From positions 23,374,001 through 23,438,000 of the forward strand of contig CM120646.1 of the NCBI GenBank assembly GCA_051362555.1: 64,000 nucleotides of DNA, given 5' to 3'. Below are positions 1 through 12,109 of the stretch, piece after piece. A program made the translations under genes and the position numbers. Within the stretch, counting starts at the first letter, position 1. Every line of letters begins with the position of its first letter. This stretch comes from Lingula anatina. Its lineage: Eukaryota; Animalia; Brachiopoda. Under the pieces are notes generated by a model. It saw only the letters and a list, made by a program, of their open reading frames with translations, ran no database searches and had not been told where the DNA came from.

Positions 1-2034
1 GTTGGACCAGCACACAGTCCAGTCGTGTAAAAACCACTGCAAGGTTCTGTGTCGTACTTACAGGTGCCTCCCTCACTGGTGCAGGCATTATCACCTAGGA
101 AGTTTGGGTACAATATTCACATTGAAACCAAATTATGTAAATATATCGAAAAATAATAATGGATTTTAAACAAATTTACACAAAGACGGAGAAAATGGAA
201 ATGTCAATTGCACTTTACTGCATTTTCAGAATATTTAAAAAGTCATTTCCTATAGCATATTTAATATAACCTACCAGCTCCTGGAACGCAACATTTCCTG
301 TTGGCTGCCCCAAAACACAAACCACTGACGTAACTTCCGCTACAGAACAGATTGTCCAGTTGACAGGTGGAGCCAGCTTGGCTACTAGTGCACGCAAGGT
401 CTGTGTCTGGGTGAAAAAAAAATGACGGGTGATCATGAGTCCAACCACGGATGTCAGTTCACAAGGTGTAATATTCATCGATTCATCTGTCTATTTTCTA
501 TTGTCGGTGTGTCATATTTAGAATTTGGTACTGGTCTAATGTTAATGGTCTGATGGTCTAATTCAGTTTTATTATTGATAGTTTTGATGCACACGTCAGA
601 TGAACATATCCATAGAGAGAGCTTTAAATTTAAATTTATTTTTTTTGCAGTAATAAACCATGTATAAATACCTGTCTCAGATCCCTTATTGCTGAAAATC
701 GACAAAGAAGAACCTTATTAATCATAGTCATTTCATGGGGTTGGAAAGCTCAAGGTTGGGAGGATAGAACATTTACTGGCTTACCGAAATTGAACGAGAC
801 TGTTAAAAATAACAGACTTCTCCACAGGTCTCGCTGCAGTAGCTGGGGGAGGACAGCACCTGCGAAACTGATACTTGCCTGCGCTGGAACTGGAGCATAT
901 ATTTAGATAATGAATGAACTGAATAAACAGAATTAAGAATCAATAAACTTAAACTTAAACGAAACGTATAGTTTCATGTTCAAACGCCACCAATTAATAA
1001 CAATCACTAGATTACACTAAACTAAGACGAATAAATACTTAATGAATTAAATTTATAAGGCTCATTTAATTAAACGGCGTTTAGCACCAGCTTTCAAGCC
1101 TCACCAGTAAATAAAAACTTTAAACACCGTGCCGGTTAACTAAATAGTGTTAACGATTTTAATAACAGGTAGTTTTCATATCACACGGGTAATTATTTTG
1201 TAAAATGTATATTTAAAGCAACGAAAGCATACAGTTTTTTTTTTTTGTTTTTTTTTTTTTTTTTTTTGGAAATGCACTTCCGCTTGCCTTTTTTTTACAT
1301 TTGGAGAACAACACATTTCTCTTACAGGGACATGTCTCATATACGCTTGACAAATTTGAAGTGTTTCCTCAATTAGAGAAAGTGGCATTTTTCTCTAACT
1401 CATACTGCCATATAATATATTGCCAAGTAAAGGCACTTACGGTCGCTAGTTTGATTGCACACGCCTACGCTGGTAGTGCTCCCACCCTCACATGTGTATC
1501 CCCTGGATGTGTCCACTGCTAGTCTGTCGTTGAAGCTACAGAAAAATGAGACAATCGGCTGGAAAGAAAAAAAAAGGTAACCATAACTTTCAAAATAATG
1601 AACTGCAAAAGTTGTAGGATTAAAGGAGGTATATAATCTCATTGATTCATTTTATAGCATTCCAATTGCATCTTTAAATACACGTACTGTTTCATTTATT
1701 CAATCCCTTGAATCGCATTTCCTTCGTTAATTCATTAATTTCTTTTTTCCCGTTCAAATCCAATTGCGTGATCTTTCCCTCCGTATCTTCAAATAGATCA
1801 TGTGACGCCAATGAAAACGTTATGTTTCCATTTTGTTATTCCCTACTGTTAATTCGAATAGGGCAAATATACTTTTTTTAATCATACAAAATAGGATGAT
1901 TTTATAATCAAATTTGCCGTTGGACACGAATTCGCCGGAAGTGTTTTGTCTCCAGTGGGGTTTGTGGTCACTGATTCATAATTGCCACCAGAATTACAAA
2001 AAAAATAATTAAAATAAATATATCAAAAAATTAA

Positions 2035-2074
<40 letters not shown>

Positions 2075-3222
2075 ACAGAAAACATGGAGATATAGATATA
2101 CACCATGATATTCCCTACTTCGTGCTTCAGGACACGCACCGTAGAGCATGTCCAATCGTTAGATTGTATGTTTATTTAATTATATGAATAAATATTCCTC
2201 CTGACGAGACGTACGTGGTATATTATTATCACCATCATTATTGTTGTTATTCTCTGTTGATACCCTGTCTATTCTGCATGGTTATGCTCAATACATTGCA
2301 AAGTACGCCTATATGGCACTATATTAAATACGGAAACACTTACAGACAAGAATGTTGCCAAACCCGCAGAGAATGGTGATTGGGAACCGGTGCCTTCAAA
2401 ATATATTGGAAAGCCCGTACTGATGCCCAGGCAATCCGTTGCTCTGGAGTTGCAGTCACCATCTGATCGACACTGGGTTCCTATAACTGAAGTACACTAA
2501 TACAAATATGAACTTGCACAGAAAATTAGAAAACATGGCGTAAGTGAAAATGAAAGATGAAAAATTATAAATTTATATGTTTTTTTTTTTTGTTTGTTTA
2601 TTATGAGATACCAATTATAATATTTTACACCCTCGAAAATGTGGGTCTTTGTCAACATCATAGTTTTTGATTACATCATTATAAAGTTAGTTAAGCTATA
2701 TTTGTGTACGTATGTAGGTTTCTTACTTCCAAACATTTATCAAAAACCACTTGAAATAACCTACATTCATTTTCAAAGTAAAATTTCCAATTCTAAACAT
2801 CGATGGTAAATAAACAAGAAGGTCCACTCACCCGTTCTACACACCACGTCATCAGCAGTGGTATACTCTGGTACAGTACCAGAGGGACAAAGACAGCGGA
2901 AAGCCGAGGCAGTAAAGAGTAGAAATAATGGGTTGTAGTTGCATACCCCGCCACCTGCTGCACAGGTCTGACTCGTATCAAATGGTGCATATGGTGGGAC
3001 GGTGGTTGGTAAGGCACACTCGCCAAATATTGATGAGGAAGCTGAATACATAAACAATATGGCTGGCATAACACTCTGATCACAGAATCTGCTAGTATTA
3101 TGTTACAATATTGGGCTTTACCAGCTATAACAAACCTCTAACACACTGTAACAACGACCAGGACCCCAGCATTAAAGACAGGTACAGGGTGGTCCATCAA
3201 AACGATCTATTTTACTATCCAT
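1..3222 (-). CDS. Multi-exon secreted cysteine-rich protein: EGF/EB-like N-terminal modules plus C-terminal beta-defensin-fold 6-Cys repeats; runs off the left edge
   Basis: Phase-compatible GT-AG exons on the minus strand: ~3222/3206-3136 (signal-like WTTLYLSLMLGSWSLLQCVR), 3041-2832, 2480-2344, 1558-1441, 878-785 (weak acceptor), 691-672 (20-nt microexon), 406-275 (CTSSQAGSTCQLDNLFCSGSYVSGLCFGAANRKCC), 94-<1 (CTSEGGTCKYDTEPCSGFYTTGLCAGP). An upstream donor at 3655 (ATGG|GTAAG) suggests a first exon. The 1441-878 junction is least certain, so this could be two genes. Confidence 0.72.
275..406 (-). CDS. Exon encoding one 6-Cys defensin-like repeat
   Basis: ttttttcacccag| acceptor, |gtagg donor, 132 nt, phase 1-1; C-x8-C-x6-C-x8-C-x7-CC pattern. 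Confidence 0.85.
2033..2074. repeat. (AAAT)n microsatellite
   Basis: Direct tandem repeat. Confidence 0.9.
2832..3041 (-). CDS. Exon encoding an EGF-like Cys-rich module
   Basis: tattcag| acceptor, |gtgag donor, 210 nt, phase 1-1; CAAGGGVC...FRCLCPSG...VVC. Confidence 0.8.
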
Positions 3223-5018
3223 CTCAATTTTGATACAATGAAGATATTTCCAACTTTCTTGCCACACATTTTCCCATAAGGATGATCATTTTATCCTTGC
3301 AAATTCTGCACAAATTGGAAACATGTACACGTTGAAGCTACGGGAAAGTTAGCCTGTTGGTTAACAGACATGTCGATGTGTCAGCTAACGTGAAGTCCGA
3401 GCGATTAATATATAATCATTTTCTTGAACTGGGTGCCACTTAATTCCATCGATAGAGTCCTATTTCACTCAAATTTTCTGTTGATCTACCTAACATTGAC
3501 TCACGTCGGTCTGATGAAAGCCTAGCTACATGTACGTCCAGGTTGGCCCAAAGCTAACAGTATGAAGAATATCTTCAACCTGTGCTAAATAATGTTCATC
3601 TATGATCCAACTGCCAAGCTAATGAATATTTATTGCAAAGAAAAATCATACTTACCCATTTTAATTAATTATATAATTTGCTGTCACACGCACGTTTCCT
3701 ATACCAACAATAGGAACTCTAATTCCACAGGAAACGTATGCAGGGTTAGGACTGTAGGTAACAGTCGAGCAGCATAAATATACTACCTGTATACTATACA
3801 GTGCTGTCTCGTTTCTTTGATATGTATCATCAGACGTTAATTACGAACTACCCTGTCTAAAGATAAGCTCACCATTACGGTATGTCCTACGTGTACTATC
3901 TGATACAACAAAAGGGCGTATCACCGGGAATAGCTATATTACATGTATTATAATCAGGCGCGGATCTACAACGTATCCATCCGTCTTCTGACTGGAATAG
4001 CCATAACAGATAACTATCTCCAATATTAAAAGTACAAAAGAATGCACTACCCACAAGCCCGATATACACGAGATCATGCCGAGCGATAACGATCTTGGCA
4101 TGTTTAATGTATAATGGGTTAAGAGGTATCAGTGCCATATTTTCCCTACATACAAAGGTAATCGTACCATTCCCACCTAAACCCCTTAATTTTGAATAAA
4201 ATACGCTGAAATCGTCGTGCTGATACCCCCACGCTCAGGGTAATATCAGCCCCGCAGTGTGTTTGTCAAGCTATCATTTGTGTAAAGTTGCTCATTTTGT
4301 AAATACTAGTCCTGAGTGCCATTCTAAGCAGGCATACACTGAGACAGGGGGATTGACGAGCAGATAGTTCGTTGCTGTCAAGCTATTCAACGACGATGAT
4401 GGCAATTTTATAAACACATCAATAGATATTATACATGTAATATGCACCAGTTTGTTTTGTGTACAGCTACTGTCTGGTGAGTACCTACAATTCTATTTTT
4501 ATATTATATACACAGGTAGAAATCCCATTACCTGTATATGTTCAAACGTGATTTGAAAGCGAATGCAGACTTGTTTTGAAATAGGACAAAAAAGACGGAT
4601 TAAAATGATACACCTGCCGCCTTTTATCGTGCTAATTACCCTCATGCCATAGTAACGTTTATCAGACATCAGAAATAATGCAACATTTCACTTGCTGTTG
4701 AATTACGTTGGAAGAATACACAGGAGTGATTGCAACATCAAGGTAAACCAATACATTGACATTGCCGACGTTCTTGTATGTGATTTGTTTATTTATTACG
4801 TACTTCCACAATCAATCCTTATAAATAGTCTATATCTAATCTAACAAATGTAAATATTTTATTGGGCTTATATATGTGTGTTACTTTTAATTACTTTTGT
4901 TACTTTTAATTACTGCATTAAAGTTTCATTTTTTATTTAACCATTTTTATACCTATTAACATTTTATGAATGAATGCTGTAAAGTCCACTGACCATCTTA
5001 TGCATTAAGACCTAAATT

Positions 5019-5019
<1 letters not shown>

Positions 5020-5061
<42 letters not shown>
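5020..5061. repeat. (ATT)n microsatellite
   Basis: Direct tandem repeat. Confidence 0.9.
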
Positions 5062-5062
<1 letters not shown>

Positions 5063-5087
5063 ACATACATTCATGGGCCTTTAGCAG

Positions 5088-5359
5088 CCCGCATGAAAAT
5101 GCAGTAGTATCGAAGTAGCAAAGAAGCATTAACGCAGTAGTGGTGTGGAGCATATTTGCAGTAGAAATGTAGCATAGCCAACTGCAATTCTACTTCAAAA
5201 ATTACATAGGGTCGTACAGAGGAGGAGCATTAATGCAGTAGATAGAAGCATGTTTCAAATATGCTAATTAGCTCCCCAGTCGAAGCAGATTTGAAGCATG
5301 TTTGCAGTAGAATTGCAGTAGTCTACTGCGCTGGAGTATCTACTTCGTTTGCGTGCGGG
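5088..5359. mobile_element. MITE copy 1 (CCCGCA..TGCGGG termini)
   Basis: TIR cccgcatgaaaatgcagtag / ctacttcgtttgcgtgcggg; highly similar to 5846-6128. Confidence 0.8.
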
Positions 5360-5594
5360 AGGATTTGCACTTTTTCATGATTTGTTCATAATCTGCAGCA
5401 TGCTTTAGAGACAAAAGTTGTAGATCTACGGTGGAAAGTGGGGAGCAGGGTTCAAGTGCATTAACATTCATCATTCTATACAATACTGTTAACATAAGCA
5501 TATTCTCTATTCATTGTACAAACCTTTTACATTGTATTGCCATGACGTCAATTGTTTTCAGTTCTGGGTGCATAAAGGTTGTACGCACTGAATT

Positions 5595-7350
5595 ATGTTT
5601 TTCTTCAGTCTATTGACAATTGGTTTTGCTGTCATGTTGATGAGTGACAGTGGTTCCACACTGGTGACACGGGGTAAAAAGGTAAAATCAATCACTTATA
5701 CAGTGTAGTTTATTTTATGCAACGATTATATATTTATGTACAGGCACATGATATATGTTTCGTAATTGAAACCTTGCGTATTTTCTGACACAATTGGCAA
5801 TGGACCACGAGTCTTAAATGGCAGCCACGGTAAATGTAAATACTACCCGCACGAAAATGCAGTAGTATCGAAGTAGCAAAGAGGCATTAACGCAGTAGTG
5901 GTGTGGAGCATATTTGCAGTAGATATGCAGTATAGCCTACTGCAATTCTACTCCAAAAAGTACATAGGTTTGTACAGAGAGAAGCATTAATGCAGGAGAT
6001 TAGCAGCCTGATAGAAGCATGTTTCAAATATACTAATTAGCTGCCTAATCGAAGCAGATTTGAGGCATGTTCGCAGTATGATTGCAGTGTTCTACTGCGC
6101 TGGAGTATCTACTGCGTTTTCTTGCGGGTAGTGACAATGCATTAAACTGCTACAGAACAGGTTGGTATTTTAATCTAGGCCGTAGTAGGGGAATAACAAC
6201 AGCAGCGTTAATAAAGAGATTGATATGTATAGTGCACTAGCTACTGTCCGGGAAAGCATTCAATATTTACCGCTGACGTCATCAAGAAAAACATAATATT
6301 GACTGATGACGTAATAAAGGAAACGTTCTTGATCACTTATCAGAGACATGTTACCGTTACAAAGATATGACAGTTGTTCTTATTGTTATCTAGATGCGAT
6401 TGACGTTCAGGGTTTAAACTATTTTATGAAAAACTTGACTTTCGCTCTCTACGATTTTAGCCAATCTTCTTCAGCTGAACCTAGATCGACATGGCTTTTC
6501 TGAGGTTTACAAAACAACATATTGGACTCAGTGAATAGTATTAGTGCAATGGTGATCAAATGAACAAACAGAAAATGAGAAAGGGGTTAAATAGAGAAGG
6601 TCATCAAGCTTAAGATGACTTTTGTGAGGTCTACAAATCAACATTCTGAACTCATCATAAATCGGTAATTGTATACTAGTGCATAATAAGCAATTGAAAA
6701 GATAGAAATAAGAGAAAACAGGAAAGGCATGAAATTGATTGGATCATAAAGTTTAAGATACAAGTATCAAAGTTTCTTTACAGGTACCTAAAGATATTAA
6801 GCCTTTATATGACTTTTGGGCCGCGAAATGGAGAACATACATTAGGCACATGGACATCAACGGGGATGGAAAGATGGAGAAAGCCGAGTTTGTGAATAAG
6901 ACCGCAGAGAGAATAGGGATAGTAACAAATTCCGACGAGAAAAAAGACAAATTCAATCTTTATTTGCTCCATATCTGGGACACGTGGTGGCAGACCATCA
7001 TGAATGAGGAAAACTTGGAAAGCGTCACAGTAGACGACTTTCTTTCAAAAAAAGCCGAAACCAAGATAAAAGTACTGGACAGTTTTCACCTGGAAATAGA
7101 GAGAGGGTGGCACCTTACGTTCTTTGAACTTGTGGATGCAAATAGAAATAACTTTCTGGACGTAGATGAGTTTGAACATTTTCTGAAGATATTCCGTGCT
7201 CAATCATCTCCGGAGATTTTCTATGAAATAGATATGAACAACAACGGCATCAGCAAAGGTGAACTGCTCATTAACGGTTTGTTATGGATTGTGAGCAACA
7301 GTTTAACAGGTGGGCACCTTTACGGGATAATAACGGATCCCTTTCCCTAA
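5595..7350 (+). CDS. Secreted EF-hand calcium-binding protein, SCP/calexcitin/aequorin-like (217 aa; exons 5595-5681 and 6784-7350)
   Basis: Exon 1 is MFFFSLLTIGFAVMLMSDSGSTLVTRGKK|gt (phase 0). Exon 2 follows ctttacag| and reads VPKDIKPLYDFWAAKWRTYIRHMDINGDGKMEKAEF, in frame with ORF 6850-7350. EF loops DINGDGKMEKAE, DANRNNFLDVDE and DMNNNG-ISKGE, with EF2 degenerate as in SCPs. C-terminal HLYG resembles the SCP/photoprotein tail. Confidence 0.87.
5846..6128. mobile_element. MITE copy 2, TA-flanked (Tc1/mariner-type target)
   Basis: ta|cccgcacgaaaatgcagtag ... ctactgcgttttcttgcggg|ta; lies in the intron of the EF-hand gene. Confidence 0.82.
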
Positions 7351-7756
7351 TTATGTTTGCATACGTCTGAAAGTTTGAGCTTTACAGAACTGGAATAGAC
7401 ATCCCTTTTCAATTGCAATACCGTTATGGTCAAATGATAAAATATGCAGGGAAAGTTTATGAGAAAGATGTTATGTAATACCGCTCATCTTTGAATCAAA
7501 TCATTAATTTATATTTGCCTTTTTTGCATTTTTCTTTTACACTTTGTTTTTTGTTTTCTAACTGATCCGTATATATTCCAAAACTTTGGGAACACTAAAC
7601 ATGTCCCGTTCACACTTGTTCAAACGTTTCTACTTTAAGTATGATACCAACCCGTTAGGTGTTATATATGTTGTGTGTGTGTGATGATTGATAACTACAA
7701 ACACTTGAAAAGAATGTTCAATAGTAATGCAATACATACACAAGCCGACCTATCCC

Positions 7757-7775
7757 TCTCTCTCTCTCTCTCTTT

Positions 7776-7814
<39 letters not shown>
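7757..7814. repeat. (CT)n(CA)n compound microsatellite
   Basis: Direct tandem repeat. Confidence 0.9.
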
Positions 7815-7816
<2 letters not shown>

Positions 7817-8733
7817 TACATATCGTTCAGTCAGCTTAGGCGTGTAAATGAAAGATTTAGTTTGGTGACATGCATACACAACTGACTATATTGAATTGCT
7901 TAATAACTTCTTTAAAAATGATTGTTTACGTTTACCCTAATAAAATGGTGAACAGCTTTCCAGTGGGAAGTTTATGCTCGCTTAGTTCACTGTGATGTGA
8001 TCGTTTGAAATAAAAAAAACTCAATCGGACGAGGTAAAATATTCCATATATTTCATAATAAAGTCAATTTACACCTGAAATGCTGGATTGCACAATAAGT
8101 ATAATTTATTTATTTATTTTTTATTTTTTGACAGTATATTTTTATGATATCGTTGAAAAAACAATACGACACATATTTTGAGAAAAAAAAAGCGCCGATA
8201 TTACGTGGCTTTTTAGATATTTTGTTAAGGTAACATTAAATATACTGTGCACCGGTATCATTATCGTGAACAACGCCAGTCAAAATAAAATAAAAAGAAA
8301 TACAATGAGGGTAGTCTTTTGACGATGATGCGATGTGCAGCCGTGTAGGTTTGGTTTTTTCTCCTCTGAAAGGCCAGAATATACGGATTCAAGATCATTA
8401 TATCCAACTTGTTTAACCAATGAAGATAACGTTTTTGGATAAACAGAAAGGCGCTCTGTAATCCCTTGTTCTTATACACCACACTTATGAATCACAGAAA
8501 GCAACAGAATTGTTTTCCTCTAACCCTCATTAGTTACCTTAATGTTATATGGTCTTGGCTGCCGTTAAAAACTTAGGCGTCTGGTAAGGAGCCGATCCAA
8601 TACCTGACATAGCGATCAAGGGATGTTTGTAGCTGTCAAACCGTGCTGGCTATTTCATAAAACTATCTATATATTGTTTTAAAATTGCGTCTATTTATTT
8701 TGTGAAAAACCTACTGAAATTACAGTTTTCTTT

Positions 8734-8735
<2 letters not shown>

Positions 8736-8812
<77 letters not shown>
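8736..8812. repeat. (TA)n microsatellite
   Basis: Direct tandem repeat. Confidence 0.95.
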
Positions 8813-8815
<3 letters not shown>

Positions 8816-9243
8816 ACACAATACGAGATAAGTTCAACAAACTATTATACACACACACACACACATTTTTTACAATTTTTATTAACTAGAAAATGAATAA
8901 GATATGTTTATAAAGATTTGCAATCCCTTTTCGTGATATCGATTTATACTCTGGCAGTCTCTATGGAGCTAAAATTCATTAAATTGATGAACAAGATATA
9001 GCGAGTAGACATCAGAAAATCGTGTTCAGTGATGCAATCAAACGTTAAATGACAAGGGTGGTGGAAGGCTTAGTAGTAACAAAAAAAAAAAAAAAAGAAA
9101 GAAAGAGTTGTCTTTCTATGCGCTGAAAGCTGGGGAAATTTAAGCACAGCCCCAGTATGAACACCGCATTGGACATGTAGGTTCAACCTCAGTATTTCAT
9201 CCAGCAAAAATGAAAAAAATACACCAATATTGACTGGAGGTAT

Positions 9244-9328
<85 letters not shown>
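9244..9328. repeat. (CA)n(TA)n microsatellite
   Basis: Direct tandem repeat. Confidence 0.95.
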
Positions 9329-9329
<1 letters not shown>

Positions 9330-9587
9330 TTGCATAGAAGTAGCCGGTCCAAAACAAGTCATTACTCGAAAGTCCATTGCTATTTTCATTTGTGAATTTG
9401 TTTGTGGTAAAATTCTTTTGGCCTGCGATTAGCATATTTTTGCTTAGATTTTTTTAGATTGCTAATAGATCTACAGTCCACGTTACACCAGTTGATTTCC
9501 ATAAGGATCATATTTACTGTCTTTTCTAAAAAATTCCGAAGGTTTGATAAAGTACAATGGCAAATCCCACTGACAATTTAAAAAGAC

Positions 9588-9630
<43 letters not shown>

Positions 9631-9999
9631 GGATCTACTTTCATCGAATCGTTTGAAGTGATAGGGCTTCTACATGTACATGCAGGTGACGAGTTCCCCA
9701 AAACTGCCAAGTTTCAATCAGATCCTACATCGACACGTAATTCTGTGAACAAAATGGCCAAACAACACATTGGCAATATAATGAGCATTCCGAAAATGGC
9801 TAATAAAAATCTCCAATTTACAAGAACTGTCTGCTAACAGAGAGGTTACAAAGCCCATTAGGAGGATAAAAAGAAGTATGTACCCCTCTGCATGAGGAGG
9901 ATGTTTTATGAAGGAACAACACGGGGAGAGAGTGTGACCTAAGTGACTTTATCCCTTTTATAATTATATATATATCACTTTCTTTTTTTTCATTTTTAT

Positions 10000-10120
10000 T
10001 TTTGTTCATTTTGGTCAAAAAATGAATTTTCCTGGGGTAAAGGACAATTTTCCCATACTTACCAATGGTTAATGAATACATTCCCACATTCAAAGTTAGT
10101 CCCTGGTTTTTTTCTAAAAT

Positions 10121-10157
<37 letters not shown>

Positions 10158-10195
10158 TAATATTCTCTTAAGAGATTATTACAGAGTGCTGTCAT
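10000..10195 (-). repeat. Dispersed repeat shared with 59085-59260
   Basis: The reverse complement matches 59105-59260 (ctcttaagag palindrome, accattggtaagta(t/c)gggaaaattg). Confidence 0.65.
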
Positions 10196-11781
10196 AAATG
10201 GAGGTCACGTGATGCGATGGCAAGCACAAAATCCAGAATTATTGCGTTAACTGCCGTTTGGGTGATAAAATATTTGCTTCTTTATTATATGCTTATGTCT
10301 CCTTGATCTAAGTTGAAGTAAGAATTAGGATATGTCCGCGTTAGGTAATGTAACAGACACAAGTGTGATGTTTGAAATTTGGCCGGTGATGGCCGCTTTT
10401 ATTGGAAGTCGCATTAATAAAAAGAAATAAAGCGTATTACTGATAAACATTGATAATGTTGATAGATGATATAAACTTAGTGTGCGCCAGAAGTATCAAC
10501 ATTTAAATTATAATTCCAGACAAATAGTGCACACATTTCAAATTGTGGGGTTGCAAAGAGGCCAACCATTTTTAAGGGTGTTGATTTCTCCATGTCTATT
10601 GTAGGCCTATCAGTCACCTATAGTAGCAGTAACCCGAGTGTTTTAGTATTTTACAACCAGGCGCATTTGATCATGTATATTTGTAGGCAAAGCCACTTCA
10701 AGTTATCTCTAAAGTTCACCCTACTTCGGTAATCGTTGCATAACAAAAATCAAATTAACCACTAGTCATAGAATGAACCATCTGTCTCAGACAAAAACGT
10801 CCATATTAGAGACCGTGCAATGGGACTTTTTTCTTTCACACCTTCTATTACTTAAAAAAATCCCAGTGTTGATATTTTGATACATGCGCACGCGCTTAGA
10901 ACTGATGTCTGAAGAATCCCCAGTTTCGCATACTGCGATACTGTTTCGTCATACAGGGGTATCAGAAAGTACAGTCTCATAAGATGTGAAAATGTAGGGG
11001 GAAAGATTTTAATATCGTCTCTGTGTCCCTATTGATTTATATTTCTAGCAAGATATTCATTTATTCACTCTCCTACTCACTGTATATATTTTAAATATAA
11101 AAAAGGGGGTTTTATTTGCACCGTTTTTATTGGAAAGTCCCAAGTGAGACCTTGCTTGTCCTGATTTGTTTACTGGGGTATCTCCAAAGCGCATTGAGTA
11201 TGCTCCACAGGGGGTAGGCTGGGTTAAGAGTGACGTCATGACGATTCGGTGTACTAGTGGTAAAATGAATACATTTATATCATATATTCCACTTTTTTCT
11301 TATAACCATCACAACAAATGAACAACCACCAGATGGCCAGTAGGATGTTGGCTATTGTACGTGTTCCTAACATAGTAGAAAAAAAACTACCATGTCAACC
11401 TGTGCGTGTATTAAACTGAGCAACGCATGCTCAGACTATTAGGAAATTCCCAAGTTTTGCACACGATCACATACCCAGCATAATCAACTAGGATTCCGAA
11501 CTTGTCGCCATGAAGTATTCAGCTCTGACGTTCTTCTGATTTCCTCTTTTGAGTTTGTGATAATTGCTGTGGGGAAAGAAGACCGGTACTACAGCTCTGC
11601 AGCCACGTTTGGTACATGTACATGCACGTGAGTACAAATACTAATATAAATATAATTCTTCAGATATATACCAATTTATGTTATGTAGAAACAATTAGAT
11701 TGGAAATGAAACTGTGCGTGTCTGATAAATACTTAGTGATAGGCTGACACAGAAGCGTGCTTATATACAGTGAAATATACT

Positions 11782-11818
<37 letters not shown>

Positions 11819-12109
11819 GTAATTTCAAGTCAGCGTGGGTTTTTGTTGCTATTTTTAGCCACAATGGAAAAACACGCTTGATGATATTGGCGTAAGTCTC
11901 ATGGGTCTGTTAACACTTCCTTGCGTTGATGGAATTCTACGATCCGTTTTTGTATTTTTTCATTAAATTAAGTTATGATTCACAATTTAAAATTGAGTAA
12001 AGTATTAGATAGAATATGCACACATCTTTACACACGTGGTGAGCATGGGTTTCAACTTGGTGTGTGTAAGAGAGAGGTATGTGTGAGAGATAGGGAATGG
12101 CATATAAGC

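Noticed and set aside
215-478. 87-aa minus-strand ORF
   Set aside because: Wrong frame of the defensin-like exon 406-275.
8702-9435. ORFs with IYIYIY runs
   Set aside because: Translations of (TA)n microsatellites.
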